This document shows positions 27,209 through 40,112 of a DNA stretch of 64,000 nucleotides, piece after piece (positions within the stretch are counted from its first letter, which is position 1; each line of letters opens with the position of its first letter). The notes under the pieces are model-generated. The model made no database searches, was not told the origin of the DNA, and saw only the letters and a list, made by a program, of their open reading frames with translations. This DNA is from Eledone cirrhosa (Eukaryota), in assembly GCA_964016885.1 (NCBI GenBank), contig OZ024747.1, positions 75,578,001-75,642,000 on the forward strand, given 5' to 3'. The translations under genes and the position numbers were made by a program.

Positions 27209-28432
27209 CACACACACACTGCTTATTATTATTATGGTTGATTATCAAGTAAATTAGGTCTAGTATTTTAGATTAAACCTTCAGTCAAGGCCGACAGAAA
27301 CATTCATATGCTGACTATGAAGGAGTGATGCTAGAGCCGTGAAATCTTGCATGCATTAATTTCAACTCTTCTTATTAATAACTATATTGTTTCTTTACAA
27401 GGACCATGTTGAAAAATAAACCCCATTTGGTCATTCCATGAGAGTATCTTTGACACCCTATGAAATGTTCAGCCTATGAACCTATCAACCGACCCTCGTA
27501 TTTAGATGAGACCTTCAGATAGTGTTTATCTTCATAACAGTTAATAACTGTTCTAGAATGTTGTACTTAAGTAACTGAAATTTTGCGTAGAGATATGTTA
27601 AGGAAAAGGTGAGACGAGGTGAGTAGATTTCTAAAATGTGTTCAATCTGGCTTGAGACTAATAAATAGATAAATAAATTCTATGATTATGTACGCTCCCA
27701 ACCACAGCAAGAGACATTGAAGCATAAATTACTAATTAGATAAATAATTAATTTAGAAAAATTGTGTAAATTATTATGGCATTTAAAAAAATAAACACTT
27801 TTTCCGAGAAGATGAACAAAGAAAATAAGAGTAAAATTTTATTTTACCTTCTTTGTATTTTATAATTTATATTTTGTGGATTTTCGGATCAACTGAAGAT
27901 TGTCATCAGCTTTTAAAAGTAATTTATGTAAAATATAATTAACCATTTTGTGACCGAATTTCTAATGAAATACACTCTATCTCATTTAACTAATGGAGAA
28001 TTTTGAGGGACTTATTAAATTTTTTAATTATTTCCTTACTAAGATGCTAACTGCACATGTGGTTCTTATATGGAATTATGTTGGAGGAGATTGATTTAAA
28101 TAGGAATTCTTAAAAACTGGTGATTTTGTCTTCTGCAAGATTACAGCTGTAGTACATTCGACGAGAGTTGAGATGACACGTCAAAGTAGAGGATTTTGAT
28201 AAGACAACGTTAAGAAGTATAATAATTATTAGGTTGACGTTGTAAATTAAAATAAATGACAAACAAACCTTTAATCGATTTTTGTACCTAATTGAGCCCT
28301 CACCAGAAAGTGACCTACACAAGCGTATATTATATGCAAATTAGTCCAATCATTTCAGAATACTCCTAAGAGCGAATGGGTATATAGGCGGACTAAATGC
28401 ATGATTCCCTGTGGTTGTTGGATTGATATATA

Positions 28433-28475
28433 CACCTGACGAGGGCCTTATTAGGTCCAAAATTGATTAAAGGTA
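28433..28475 (+). ncRNA. Degenerate HHR motif at a probable PLE 3' end
   Basis: CTGACGA-GGGCCT TATT AGGTCC-AAAA (GAAA mutated). It lies just downstream of a GGLNA* reading-frame end and upstream of (TA)n. Confidence 0.45.
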
Positions 28476-28670
28476 TTTATCCTTTTTTTCACTTTACAGG
28501 TAAATTCTTATTATCTGGCTTGTTTACACGTCTACATGTTAGATATGTCTACATTTATATACTGATGCTGTCTCACTTACCCACGCTGTGATATATATAT
28601 ATATATATATATATACACAAATACAAACATCTACGATATATATATATATTTACATACACACAAACACACA

Positions 28671-28703
<33 letters not shown>

Positions 28704-29300
28704 GTATATATGTATATATGTATATATATATATATATATTATATGTAGAAGAGAAATTTATAGGAAATCTATAGTTTGGTAGGAAAATAGATGTGGAAGT
28801 CAGATTAAACACAGTAGAACAGCAGAACATAATTTCACACACACGGACACATACATACAGGGACACACACAGACACACACACACACACACACAAACCCAT
28901 ACTCATATACACATCTAATGGTGGTTGCGGCGGCGGATGTGTGTCAGTGTGGAGGAGAGGAGGAGGAGGAGGAGACGGCATAAATAGCAATCGGATATAG
29001 ATGAGAACAAGCTGGGAGGGGGTGAGGTGAGGTGTGGGAGGGAGTAAACGCCAATAGACAGAAGATAAGAAATGATGAGGAAGAAAAAAGTGATAATAAC
29101 TGATAATGGACAAGTGTATAGATCGAAGGAAATGAATATTGTAAGAAATTGTGGACAAGGTTCAGATAATAAAGATGAGATAAAATGGCGGAAAGGTAGA
29201 TAGATAGATAGATAGATAGATTGATAGATAGATAGATAGGGAGATAGATAGATTGATAGATTGATATATAGATAGATAGATAGATTGATAGATAGATAGA

Positions 29301-31397
29301 TATGTTTCTTTTATTTGCCACTAGGGCATCAAAAGTGGGACAAGTACAAAGGGGGGAGTTTACACAAAAAGGCGTCCTCAATAAGGAGGAGGCAATAACA
29401 AAATATAAAAATAAAATAAGATATAACAAAAAATAAAATTTTTAACAAAATCCTCAATAGAGAGGAGGCGCCTTGGGGGGTCGCACACACCCCCGAAAAA
29501 AGTGTGCAACCCTTCTCCTCAGGAGCACAGAGAAGGGGTGCTCCCTTGGTCTTTCATCTTCCTCACCTATAGTCTGATGTAGAGTGAAGGCCCATTCACA
29601 CGGGCCATTCTCGCCACTTTCACCCATCTTTCATAGAAACGGCTGGGGTGCAGCACCTCTCTCTCCATCCTGATCCTTCTTCCGAAATGATATCGGAAGA
29701 AACGGACCAGTTGTTGGCCAGAGAGAAAGGTGCCTGACCTCAGTCCTTTCAGACGCGTCCACCATACAACCTCTTTCGCCATGGCTATTACGCACAGAAA
29801 CACCGCCTCTGCTTCATCTTTGAAGGGGGGAGGCGGCTTGATCATTACAATAGACTCGGTGGTCAACCGGATCGGTCCCACCCTTGACAGCAGTTGTTCG
29901 ACATAGCCCCACAGATCGGCTACGCCCGAGCAGTGTACCAATGCGTGTGCAACGGTTTCCTCGTCGCACACGCATCTGGGACAGATCTTTTTGGCGGGGT
30001 CCCTACCCGGGCGCCCGTGTCTATAGAGCCTTTCTCGAACGGGTAAAGCCCCTCGGTAGCACTGCCAGGCCAGGGACTTCTGGAAGTTGTCCATAGGTCC
30101 CGGGCTGAATGTCCTACCGAACAGGCTGGCCAGTTCGTCCTCCTCCATGTCTAGGGCTTCTCCGAGGGCGTCGTCGCACCTGCTGCGTACCAGCCCTCTA
30201 TAGAATGTTGCGGTGGAGTCTCCACTGATAACCGGATCCGCCTGCCAGAGGGCGGTGAGCGCCTGGGCACACTCAGTGTGCCAGGCGCCCAGTTTTCTCG
30301 GTCTTTGCTTGACCCAGGATTGCAGCTCGGTGAGTGAGACGAGTCTGGGAAAGGTTCGTCTCACAAACGAGGCCCACACCGGTTGTCCGGTGAGGAATAC
30401 GTAGAGGTGCCGTAGCCTTAATGCGTGTTTACGCATCATTAGCCACGGCATCCCCAGCCCTCCTTTCGAAGGGTGTTGACAGCAGATGGATCTCCTCACC
30501 ATAGGAGCCCGCCTCTTCCAAAGGAATTGGAAGAGCGCGCGCTCCATCTTGGTGAGGGTTTCCCTTGGGCAGGGCACTACGGTCAGGCGGTAGTAGATGA
30601 CGGACGCTATATAAGTGTTCGCCACCTCCGCCCGACCTTTCAGGGATAGTTTGCAACTGGCCCACTTCTGGGTCAGTGCAAACACCCTGTTCGTAACCTC
30701 CGCCCAGTTTTTCTTCACCTGGAGGTCCGGTCCGAACCAGACCCCGAGCAACTTCACCGGGCCCTCCGTCCAGCGTCCGACGACGCCATCGGAGGGCATC
30801 GGTCTGCCCCTCCACGTGCCGAGTTGCAAACCGATCGACTTGTCCCGGTTCAGCTTAGCCCCTGTGAACTTTTCGTACTCCTCCAGTAAGGTGCCGACCG
30901 CCTCGATTTCGGAGGCCGTCGACACCATTACTGTCACGTCATCGGCGTAGGCCGACACCGCTTTCCGCAATCCCGGTTCCAAAGGGATGCCCTGCAACAA
31001 CTCCAACTTCCGCAGTAGTGGCTCGAGAGTCAACACATACAGAAGGGAGGAGAGAGGGCACCCTTGTCGGATGGACCGCGCGATTTTGAACGGCTCCGAG
31101 AGGTAGCCGTTCACCTTGACCCTAGAGCAGATGCGGCTGCTGTGCATAGCAGTGATCCAGCCCCTGAAAACGGGTCCGAAGCCTGCCGCCGCTAGCACCG
31201 CATCCAGGTAACCATGGTCGACCCTATCGAACGCCTTAGATTGATCCAAGTTGATCAGAGCCCCACCAAAGCCGGGTTCGTTCCCAACCCTCTCTATGAT
31301 GTATCGCATGAGGTGGAGGTTGTCATGGATGGACCTGGACGGGATAGCGCATGTCTGCGCATCTCCCACCAGGTTGCTCACGACAAGCGCCAACCTC
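29301..31397 (-). mobile_element. 5'-truncated Tx1/L1-clade non-LTR retrotransposon in a (GATA)n compound repeat
   Basis: ORF2 remnant plus 3' UTR ending AATAAAAGAAAC, with the same compound GATA pattern on both sides. Confidence 0.92.
29567..31397 (-). CDS. ORF2 fragment: reverse transcriptase plus C-terminal zinc-binding (zf-RVT-like) region, uninterrupted but lacking its N-terminus
   Basis: Motifs [39 protein letters not shown] and [14 protein letters not shown]. The first ~220 aa of the 832-aa ORF call are microsatellite read-through. Confidence 0.9.
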
Positions 31398-31955
31398 TTA
31401 TAGATAGATAGATAGGGAGATAGATAGATTGATAGATTGATATATAGATAGATAGATAGATTGATAGATAGATAGATAGGGAGATAGATAGATTGATAGA
31501 TTGATATATAGATAGATAGATAGATAGATAGATTGATAGATAGATAGATAGGGAGATAGATAGATTGATAGATAGATAGATAGATAGATAGAATTGAGAT
31601 AGATAGGGCTGAGAAGGAATGGTAGGAGGAGAAGAGAAGATAGATGGGGGAGGGGAGAAGGAGTGGAAAGATGGGAAGAGGAAGTAAGACATTGGAGGGA
31701 GGGATGAGGAGATAGACGGAGGGGGAGAAGTGGAGGGATAGGAAGAGAAGATAGGCGGAGGTGAGAGAGTGGCCGGAGATGATGAGGAGAAAGATGAGGA
31801 TGAAAGAAGAGATAGATGAGGATGAGAAAGAGGAGAGAGATGTGATTGAGAAGGATTGGAGGAGGGAAAGATAAGTTAGACGGAGATGAGAGAGAATGGT
31901 GGGAGGTGGAAGAAGAGGTGATAGACTGAGGAGAGAGATAAGATGGAGGAAAGAT

Positions 31956-32188
31956 GAGAGGGAGGAAAGACAAGATAGACGGAGTGGGAGTGAGTGGTGG
32001 TGAGAGGGAGGAAAGACAAGATAGACGGAGTGCGAGTGAGTGGTGGTGAGAGGGAGGAAAGACAAGATAGACGGAGTGCGAGTGAGTGGTGGTGAGAGGG
32101 AGGAAAGACAAGATAGACGGAGTGCGAGTGAGTGGTGGTGAGAGGGAGGAAAGACAAGATAGACGGAGTGCGAGTGAGTGGTGGTGAG
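31956..32188. repeat. 46-bp minisatellite x5
   Basis: GAGAGGGAGGAAAGACAAGATAGACGGAGTGCGAGTGAGTGGTGGT repeated. Confidence 0.9.
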
Positions 32189-32373
32189 AAACAGTGGAAG
32201 AATGGTGAAACAAGTGTGAAATGATAATAAAATGTTTAAATGAGAGTTCTAGAGTTATATGTTATGAAGTGTGATGTCTGGGAATAGAAGTAAATTAGTT
32301 TTGTTTGGGCAGAGACTTATGTTGAGGAAATAGTGTTGCTAATGACGGGGGTAACTTAGGTGTTGTTAGGCTT

Positions 32374-33195
32374 GATGGTGGTGGTGGTGGTGGTGGTGGT
32401 GGTGGTGGTGATGGTGGTGGTGGTGATGGTGGTGGTGGTGGTAGTGGTGGTGGTGGTGGTGGTGGTGGTGGTGGTGATGGTGGTGGTGGCGGTAGTGTTG
32501 GTTGTGGTGGTAGTGGTGCTGGTGGTGGTGGTGGTGGTGGTGGTGGTGGTGGTGATGGTGGTGGTGGTGATGGTGGTGGTGGTGGTAGTGGTGGTGGTGG
32601 TGGTGGTGGTGGTGGTGGTGGTAGTGGTGGTGGTGGTGGTGGTGGTGGTGGTGGTAGTGGTGATGGTGGTGGTGGTAGTGGTGGTGGTGGTGATGGTGGT
32701 GGTGGTAGTGGTGGTGGTGGTGGTGGTGATGGTGGTGGTGGCGGTAGTGTTGGTTGTGGTGGTAGTGGTGCTGGTGGTGGTGGTGGTGGTGATGGTGGTG
32801 GTGGTGGTGGTGATGGTGGTGGTGGTGGTGGTGGTGGTGGTAGTGGTGGTGGTAGTAATGGTGGTGGTGGTGGTGGTGGTGGTGGTGGTGATGGTGGTGG
32901 TGGTGATGGTGGTGGTGGTGGTGGTAGTGGTGGTAGTAGTGGTGGTGGTGGTGGTGGTGGTTGGAGTGGGGGTAGTGGGGGGGGGGTTAGTGGTGGTAGT
33001 GTTGGTTGTGGTGGTGGTGGTGGTGGTGGTAGTGGTGGTAGTGGTGGTGGTGGCGGCGGTAGTGGTGGTAGTGGTGGTGGTGGTTGTGATGGTGGTGGTG
33101 GTGGTGGTGGTGGTGGAGGCGGTAGTGGTGGTGGTGGTGGTGGTGGTGGTGGTGGCGGTAGTGTTGGTTGTGGTGGTAGTGGTGCTGGTGGTGGG
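32374..33195. repeat. (GGT)n imperfect trinucleotide tract
   Basis: Seen directly; it is the source of the poly-Thr and poly-Val ORFs. Confidence 0.95.
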
Positions 33196-33383
33196 GAGAG
33201 ACATAACTTAGATATTGTTGTTGTTGTTAGGCTTGATGGTGTTAGTTAAGGTGGTGGTAGTGTTGGTTGTGATGATGATAGTGGTGGTGGGGACTTGGTG
33301 GTGATGTTGGTGGTGGTGGTGTGTTATTGGTCGTGTTGTTGTTGATGTAGGTGGTGGTGGTGGGGGGGGTGTGTTATTGCTGG

Positions 33384-34560
33384 TGATAGTGGTGGGGTCC
33401 TACTGGCCGTGATAGTGGTGGTGGTGGTGGTGGGGTCCTACTGGCCGTGATAGTGGTGGTGGTGGTGGTGGGGTCCTACTGGCCGTGATAGTGGTGGGGT
33501 CCTATTGGCCGTGATAGTGGTGGTGGTGGTGGTGGGGTCCTATTGGCCGTGATAGTGGTGGTGGTGGTGGTGGGGTCCTATTGGCCGTGATAGTGGTGGT
33601 GGTGGTGGGGTCCTACTGGCCGTGATAGTGGTGGTGGTGGTGGGGTCCTATTGGCCGTGATAGTGGTGGTGGTGGTGGGGTCCTATTGGCCGTGATAGTG
33701 GTGGTGGTGGTGGTGGGGTCCTATTGGCCGTGATAGTGGTGGTGGTGGTGGGGTCCTATTGGCAGTGATATGGGTGGTGGTGGTGGTGGGGTCCTATTGG
33801 CCGTGATAGTGGTGGTGGTGGTGGTGGGGTCCTATTGGCAGTGATATGGGTGGTGGTGGTGGTGGGGTCCTATTGGCCGTGATAGTGGTGGTGGTGGTGG
33901 GGTCCTATTGGCCGTGATAGTGGTGGTGGTGGTGGTGGGGTCCTATTGGCAGTGATATGGGTGGTGGTGGTGGTGGGGTCCTATTGGCCGTGATAGTGGT
34001 GGTGGTGGTGGTGGGGTCCTATTGGCAGTGATATGGGTGGTGGTGGTGGTGGGGTCCTATTGGCCGTGATATGGGTGGTGGTGGTGGTGGGGTCCTATTG
34101 GCCGTGATAGTGGTGGTGGTGGTGGTGGGGTCCTATTGGCAGTGATATGGGTGGTGGTGGTGGTGGGGTCCTATTGGCCGTGATAGTGGTGGTGGTGGTG
34201 GGGTCCTATTGGCCGTGATAGTGGTGGTGGTGGTGGTGGGGTCCTATTGGCAGTGATAGTGGTGGTGGTGGTGGTGGGGTCCTATTGGCCGTGATAGTGG
34301 TGGTGGTGGTGGTGGGGTCCTATTGGCCGTGATAGTGGTGGTGGTGGTGGGGTCCTATTGGCCGTGATAGTGGTGGTGGTGGTGGGGTCCTATTGGCAGT
34401 GATATGGGTGGTGGTGGTGGTGGGGTCCTATTGGCCGTGATAGTGGTGGTGGTGGTGGTGGGGTCCTATTGGCAGTGATATGGGTGGTGGTGGTGGTGGG
34501 GTCCTATTGGCAGTGATATGGATGGTGGTGGTGGTGGGGTCCTATTGGCAGTGATATGGG
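33384..34560. repeat. Minisatellite GATAGT(GGT)nGGGGTCCTATTGGCCGT, variable unit mostly 32-38 bp
   Basis: Constant spacer separated by variable GGT runs. Confidence 0.95.
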
Positions 34561-34599
34561 TGGTGGTTGAGGTGTTGGCGGTAGGGTAGCGGTGTCGGT

Positions 34600-34995
34600 G
34601 ATGGCATCGGTGGTAGGGGTGGTGGTTTGGTGGTAGGGGTGGCGGTGTCGGTGATAGGGACGATGGTGGTGTCGGTGGTAGGGATGATGGTGTCGGTGTC
34701 GGTGGTAGGGGTGGTGGTGTCGGTGGTAGGGATGGTGGTGTCGGTGGTAGGGGTGGTGGTGTCGGTGTCGGTGGTAGGGGTGGTGGTGTCGGTGGTAGGG
34801 ATGGTGGTGTCGGTGGTAGGGATGGTGGTGTCGGTGTCGGTGGTAGGGGTGGTGGTGTCGGTGGTAGGGGTGGTGGTGTCGGTGGTAGGGGTGGTGGTGT
34901 CGGTGGTAGGGATGGTGGTGTCGGTGTCGGTGGTAGGGGTGGTGGTGTCGGTGGTAGGGGTGGTGGTGTCGGTGGTAGGGGTGGTGGTGTCGGTT
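34600..34995. repeat. 21/27-bp minisatellite GTGGTGGTGTCGGTGGTAGGG
   Basis: Seen directly. Confidence 0.9.
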
Positions 34996-35103
34996 GATGG
35001 AATGGTTTCAAGCTGAGTAGGTTTTACTTACAACTGGCAGCACTTTAGAGTTGGTTAAGTGATTGATTTGTAGCCACACACACACACACGCACACACGCA
35101 CAT

Positions 35104-35204
<101 letters not shown>

Positions 35205-35334
35205 CGCACACACACACGCACATAAACACACACATGCACACATAAACACACACATGCACACGTACACGCACAGAAACACACACATACACATATAAAAACA
35301 CACATATACACATGCACATCACCACACCACATAA

Positions 35335-35367
<33 letters not shown>

Positions 35368-35945
35368 TAAACACACACATGCACACATAAACACACACAC
35401 ACATACATGCATACACACACATGCACAGAAACACACACATACACACATAAAACACACACATATACACATGCACACACACGCACATAAACACACACATACA
35501 CACATAAAAACACACATATACACATGAACATCACCACAGCACATAAACACACACACACGTATGAAATTACATTCACACACACTCAATGACACATGAAGTC
35601 ACGTGTGTACATATAAAGTGTTCAACTTACAGAAAGGGGAAGATCACGAATGAACGTAGCACTCAATACATGTGGAGTTGACTTAGCAACTGGTAAAATC
35701 CCCAACGAAGGGCTCCACCCTTTTCAGCTAAGATTGCAAAGCTGCTGAAACGGCCTGGATACTCTTTTGGCATTTTAATAATTGATATATATATATAAAT
35801 ATCCTCATCTTTTTTTCCCATGTCTTAGAGGGTTCTAAACCCCATTAATCAGGCTTAAATTACTTTAGTAAAGAAATACGGCGAAAGATTCTATTTCTAA
35901 TTTCAAACTCGGTCGCTGTTCCAAAACAAACTTATTCCCCCCCCC

Positions 35946-35989
<44 letters not shown>

Positions 35990-35993
<4 letters not shown>

Positions 35994-36886
35994 AATACAT
36001 AATCGGAGAAAGCTAATAGCGATACTCCGGCCAAATTCCATCTCACTCAACAAACATTAGGAAATACCTGAGTATATTCCTAATTAAACGTTCGGGTGCT
36101 AACTAATTGTATTGTGTGGAAAATTGGCTGTATCATTTCATATGAGATATATCAAATATATCTCTTCCCAGACGGACGTCTCGTTTCATTAAAAGATTTC
36201 TACAAGTTGGGTGAAATTATACCAAATTATGTAGAAGCTTGTATAAGATCAACAGATACATGTGGGCTCTTATAATTCTTCAGTGGGTGCCCAATAATAT
36301 TAATATTGATAACCAAATCAACATCAATATTTAGCGATAATCACCATCAGTGCTTGAGGGAGCTGCTAGGTTGTTAGTCCAGCAGTTCTAAAGAAAATCT
36401 CACACTGTCTCGAAAATAGGAGGAAGGAGATTACCGCCAAAAAACAATACATGCGCAGGTCAAAGAATTCTGAAAAGAATTCAAGCCACGTGCTAGAACT
36501 CAATTGGATATGAAAAAATAACCATATGTGGGCATCGCTTGATGACACACATAGATATTTTCTCGGGCAAAATAACAGAATGAGATACAAGAACAGACAA
36601 TCAATATTCATATAAAAAAATAAACAAAGAGAGTCATACCTTATATCGGGAAAGTTCATATCTGTTGCTCCAAGAGTAAATATATAAATACATAATCGGA
36701 GAAAGCTAATAGCGATACTCCGGCCAAATTCCAACTCACTCAACAAACATTAGGAAATACCTGAGTATATTCCTAATTTAACGTTCGGGGTGCTAACTAA
36801 TTGTATTGTGTGGAATATGGGTGTATCATTTCATATGAGATATATCAAATATATCTCTTCCCAGACGGACGTCTCGTTTCACTATA

Positions 36887-36888
<2 letters not shown>
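35990..36888 (-). mobile_element. Partial-tandem HHR element (retrozyme or non-autonomous PLE), 693-nt period, in (TA)n
   Basis: Direct repeats of about 200 bp (35990-36195 and 36682-36888), a full HHR in one and a 3' half in the other, with (TA)n on both sides. Confidence 0.8.
36167..36287 (-). ncRNA. Type I HHR with canonical core and long stem II
   Basis: Minus strand: CCCA-CTGAAGA-ATTATAAGA...TCTTTTAAT-GAAA-CG AGACGTC CG-TC-TGGG. Confidence 0.8.
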
Positions 36889-36960
<72 letters not shown>

Positions 36961-36984
36961 GTGAGGTTTTATATATATATATAT

Positions 36985-37185
36985 TAAAATAACAGATTAA
37001 AGTTTAAGCAAAGAATCGGTGCTTTCGCCATTCAGAAGATCCCGTTAAAGGTGAAAGCAGCGATTCTTTGCTTAAACTTTAATCTGTTATTTTACTAAAT
37101 ATTTACTCTACGGTTTTATATATGTGATATATATTATCCTTATCGAGCCCTCTTCGGATTTTAGTCTTCACATTTATTATTATTG

Positions 37186-37187
<2 letters not shown>
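36985..37187 (+). mobile_element. Hairpin family C plus tail in (TA)n
   Basis: TAAAATAACAGATTAAAGTTTAAGCAAAGAATCG and its inverse. The tail ...TTATCGAGCCCTCTT-GGATTTTAGTCTTCA-ATTTATTATTATT also occurs at about 46610-46686, 48678-48705 and 57915-58015 (reverse). Confidence 0.7.
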
Positions 37188-37225
<38 letters not shown>

Positions 37226-37892
37226 AGAGAAATAGAGATAAATAGAGAGATAGAAAGATAGATAGATAGATATGTTTCTATAGAAAGATAGATAGATTAG
37301 ATAGATAGATACACACATACACATATATATATACACAAACACACTCGTGAGCAATTAGTAGAACACGTCCCCTACATATAAACACGGCATCAGAGATGAA
37401 TAGATACAGAAATATATATTACAACTTACACACTAACTTACTTAGGGATGTGTATATACATATATATACACCCTCAGGTGAATATACAGGTGTACAGTCT
37501 ATAGAATGTCGGCAATTATACTTCCCAATGCTAATGGTCGTAAATGATTGGAAATTGGTAGTTATTGATGATTTTATAGCACTTAAAGTTGGAGACTGCA
37601 AATAATGGCAAACGATAATGTTGGTACTGATGATGATGATAATGTTGATGGTGATAATTTTGGTATTGATGATGGTGATAATGATGGTATTGATGATGGT
37701 GATGATGATGGTATTGATGATAATGGGGATGTTGTTATGATGATAGTATTCGTGGTGACGATGTTGGTAGCAATGATGATGTGTATGACAATGGTAATTA
37801 TGATGATGATAGTAATGGTGGTTGTGATGATGATTATGGAGTGAAATTGTTTGGGCAGACTTACTAATGATAGAATCTTATTGTTAGGTGAA

Positions 37893-38320
37893 AGAGTGGT
37901 GGACTGGCAGTAATCGGTAGAGTGTCGGACAACATGCTTAGAGTTACAGCCCTTAATGTTCTGAGTTCAAATCTACCGAGGTTAGCTTTGCCTTTCATCC
38001 TTACGGGGTCAATAAAATGAAATACCAGTAATACACTGGTGTCAATTTAATCGACTTTCCCCTCTGTCAAAATTGATGACCTTGTGTCTAAAGCAGTCAC
38101 CTTTATTATTAAGGCGATGAATTACCAGAGTCGGTAGAGCGTCTGACAACATGCTTTGTGGCGTAGAGTTATGGTCCTAGGTGTTCTGAGTTAAAATTCC
38201 GCCGAGGTTAGCTGTGCCTTTCATTCGATAAAATAAAGTACCAGTAACACGTTGGGGGTCATCGATTTAAACGACTTCCCCCTTCTCACAAATGTGTTGA
38301 CTTTTGCTTAAATCAGAAAC
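37893..38320 (+). mobile_element. Two tandem SINE family 1 copies
   Basis: Family core occurs twice (about 37893-38095 and 38113-38320). Confidence 0.8.
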
Positions 38321-39034
38321 CAGGCGAAAGGTTAACACTCACTGTGTGTGTGTATGTCTCTCTGTGTGAGTGTGTTTGAGTGTGTGTGTGTCTGTGTATG
38401 TGTGTGTGTGTCTGTGTGTGTCTGTGTGTGTGTGTGTGTGCATGATTTTAGTGCTTTTGTGTCAATATTGTGTACGTATGTATGTATGTATGTATATATG
38501 TGTGTATGCATATATGTGTGTATGCATGTATGTATGCATGTATGTATGCATGTATGTATGCATGTATGTATGCATGTATGTGTGTGTGTATGTGTGTATG
38601 TGTGTATGTATGTGTGTATGTGCAGTGCCTTTGCTCACTATAAAAGCTTCACGGCACAGGCATTGCTTTATATCTGGAGATCTCTCTGCACTTGTCGTCA
38701 CATGGTACCATGGGCCCAGCAATATGTGTCAATAATTGTCACAAGTGTAGTGTTTGTACCAGAGTTTTCAAGTCGCTGGCTGGACTAAAAAGTAACACTC
38801 GTTCAGCGCATCGGTAGGGGTTCTCCTACATGGATATAAAGTAGTGGCCGTACTCGAAAACGAGTTGGCAGCCACCATGTGTGTATGTATGTATGTGTGT
38901 ATGTATGTATGTATGTATGTATGTATGTATGTATGTATGTATGTATGTATGTATGTATGTATGTTTGTATGTATGTATGTATGCATGTATGTATATCTTC
39001 TATGTGTGCCCACAGAACATACACACGCACACAG

Positions 39035-39115
<81 letters not shown>

Positions 39116-39945
39116 TACATACGTATAAAACGTTGGTTTAAACCACCTAGATATAGCGTCTCAGCTCCATCTACTTGGATCATTATGCACAATCAGTCAA
39201 ACAGTGATTAACTCTCTTCCTCAGATGAACTTCAAATTGGGCTGTCTAGTTTCCTATGTCTATATCTATTACATAACGATGATGAGGGTGATGATGATCA
39301 TGATGAATCCTCCGTCGTTTGTGATGATGAACATTCAATCGTTGAATTTAACTGAATATCTGGTTTGGGAATTAATGTGTAAGTTTTTCAATAGTTCATA
39401 GACACGTGTACCATTTTGCAATTGAAAGCCTGTAGGTAGGATATGCTGTACAGGGATTTTAAAGGATTAGTCTTGTCCCATACTGACAAGCTTGCAGGTA
39501 TTAATTTCAACTCTTCTTATTAATAACTGCATTGTTTCTTTCCACGGACTATGTTGAAAAATAAACCTTATTTGGTCATTCCATGAGAGTATCATGGTCA
39601 GCCTATGAACCTTTCAGGGAAGTAATCGCGGTGGACAGGTTGTATTAACGTAAACACCATCAAAAATATAATATACATGATTTAGTCCTCTGTCGGTTCC
39701 CATGGCGAGTGTTCCCGTTGTTCAAATAACAAAACAGCTTGCTTATAGAATTAACCTGCAAGTGGCTGAGCAATCGACAGATACATGCACTCTGAATGTA
39801 GTTCTCAGGGAGATTCAGTATGACACAGTGAATGACAGGGTTGGCTTTTTGATTTCCAGGTACAACTAGTGTTGCTTGCTGTGTACACCGGAGCAACGAT
39901 AAATAAAGAAGCTTGCACCAAGACACAACACAGCACCCCTGGAAT

Positions 39946-40112
39946 AAATCTCACAGTTGTGAACTGAATACTCTAGCCACTTAGCCACACCCTTTCTTCA
40001 ATCAAACTCACAGTTGTGAACTGAACACTCTAACCACTTAGCCACACACTTCCCCAATTAAACTCACAATTATGAACTGAACACTCTAACCACTTAGCCA
40101 CACACTTTCCCC
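39946..40112. repeat. ~56-bp tandem x3 derived from a SINE family 2 head
   Basis: AACTCACAGTTGTGAACTGAACACTCTAACCACTTAGCCACAC repeated. Confidence 0.75.

Noticed and set aside
31398-32065. N-terminal ~220 aa of the 832-aa ORF
   Set aside because: Low-complexity read-through of GATA/GA repeats upstream of the LINE truncation point.
33384-34560. Constant repeat with variable spacers resembling CRISPR
   Set aside because: The spacers are only GGT runs of varying length.
32356-35016. Poly-Thr mucin-like and Pro-rich extensin-like ORFs
   Set aside because: Simple-repeat translations with no signal peptide, splice or domain support.
37031-37060. HHR call for family C (CAGAAGA-TCCC..GGT-GAAA-GCAGC)
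   Set aside because: No convincing stem I or NUH triplet, so it is not listed as a ribozyme.
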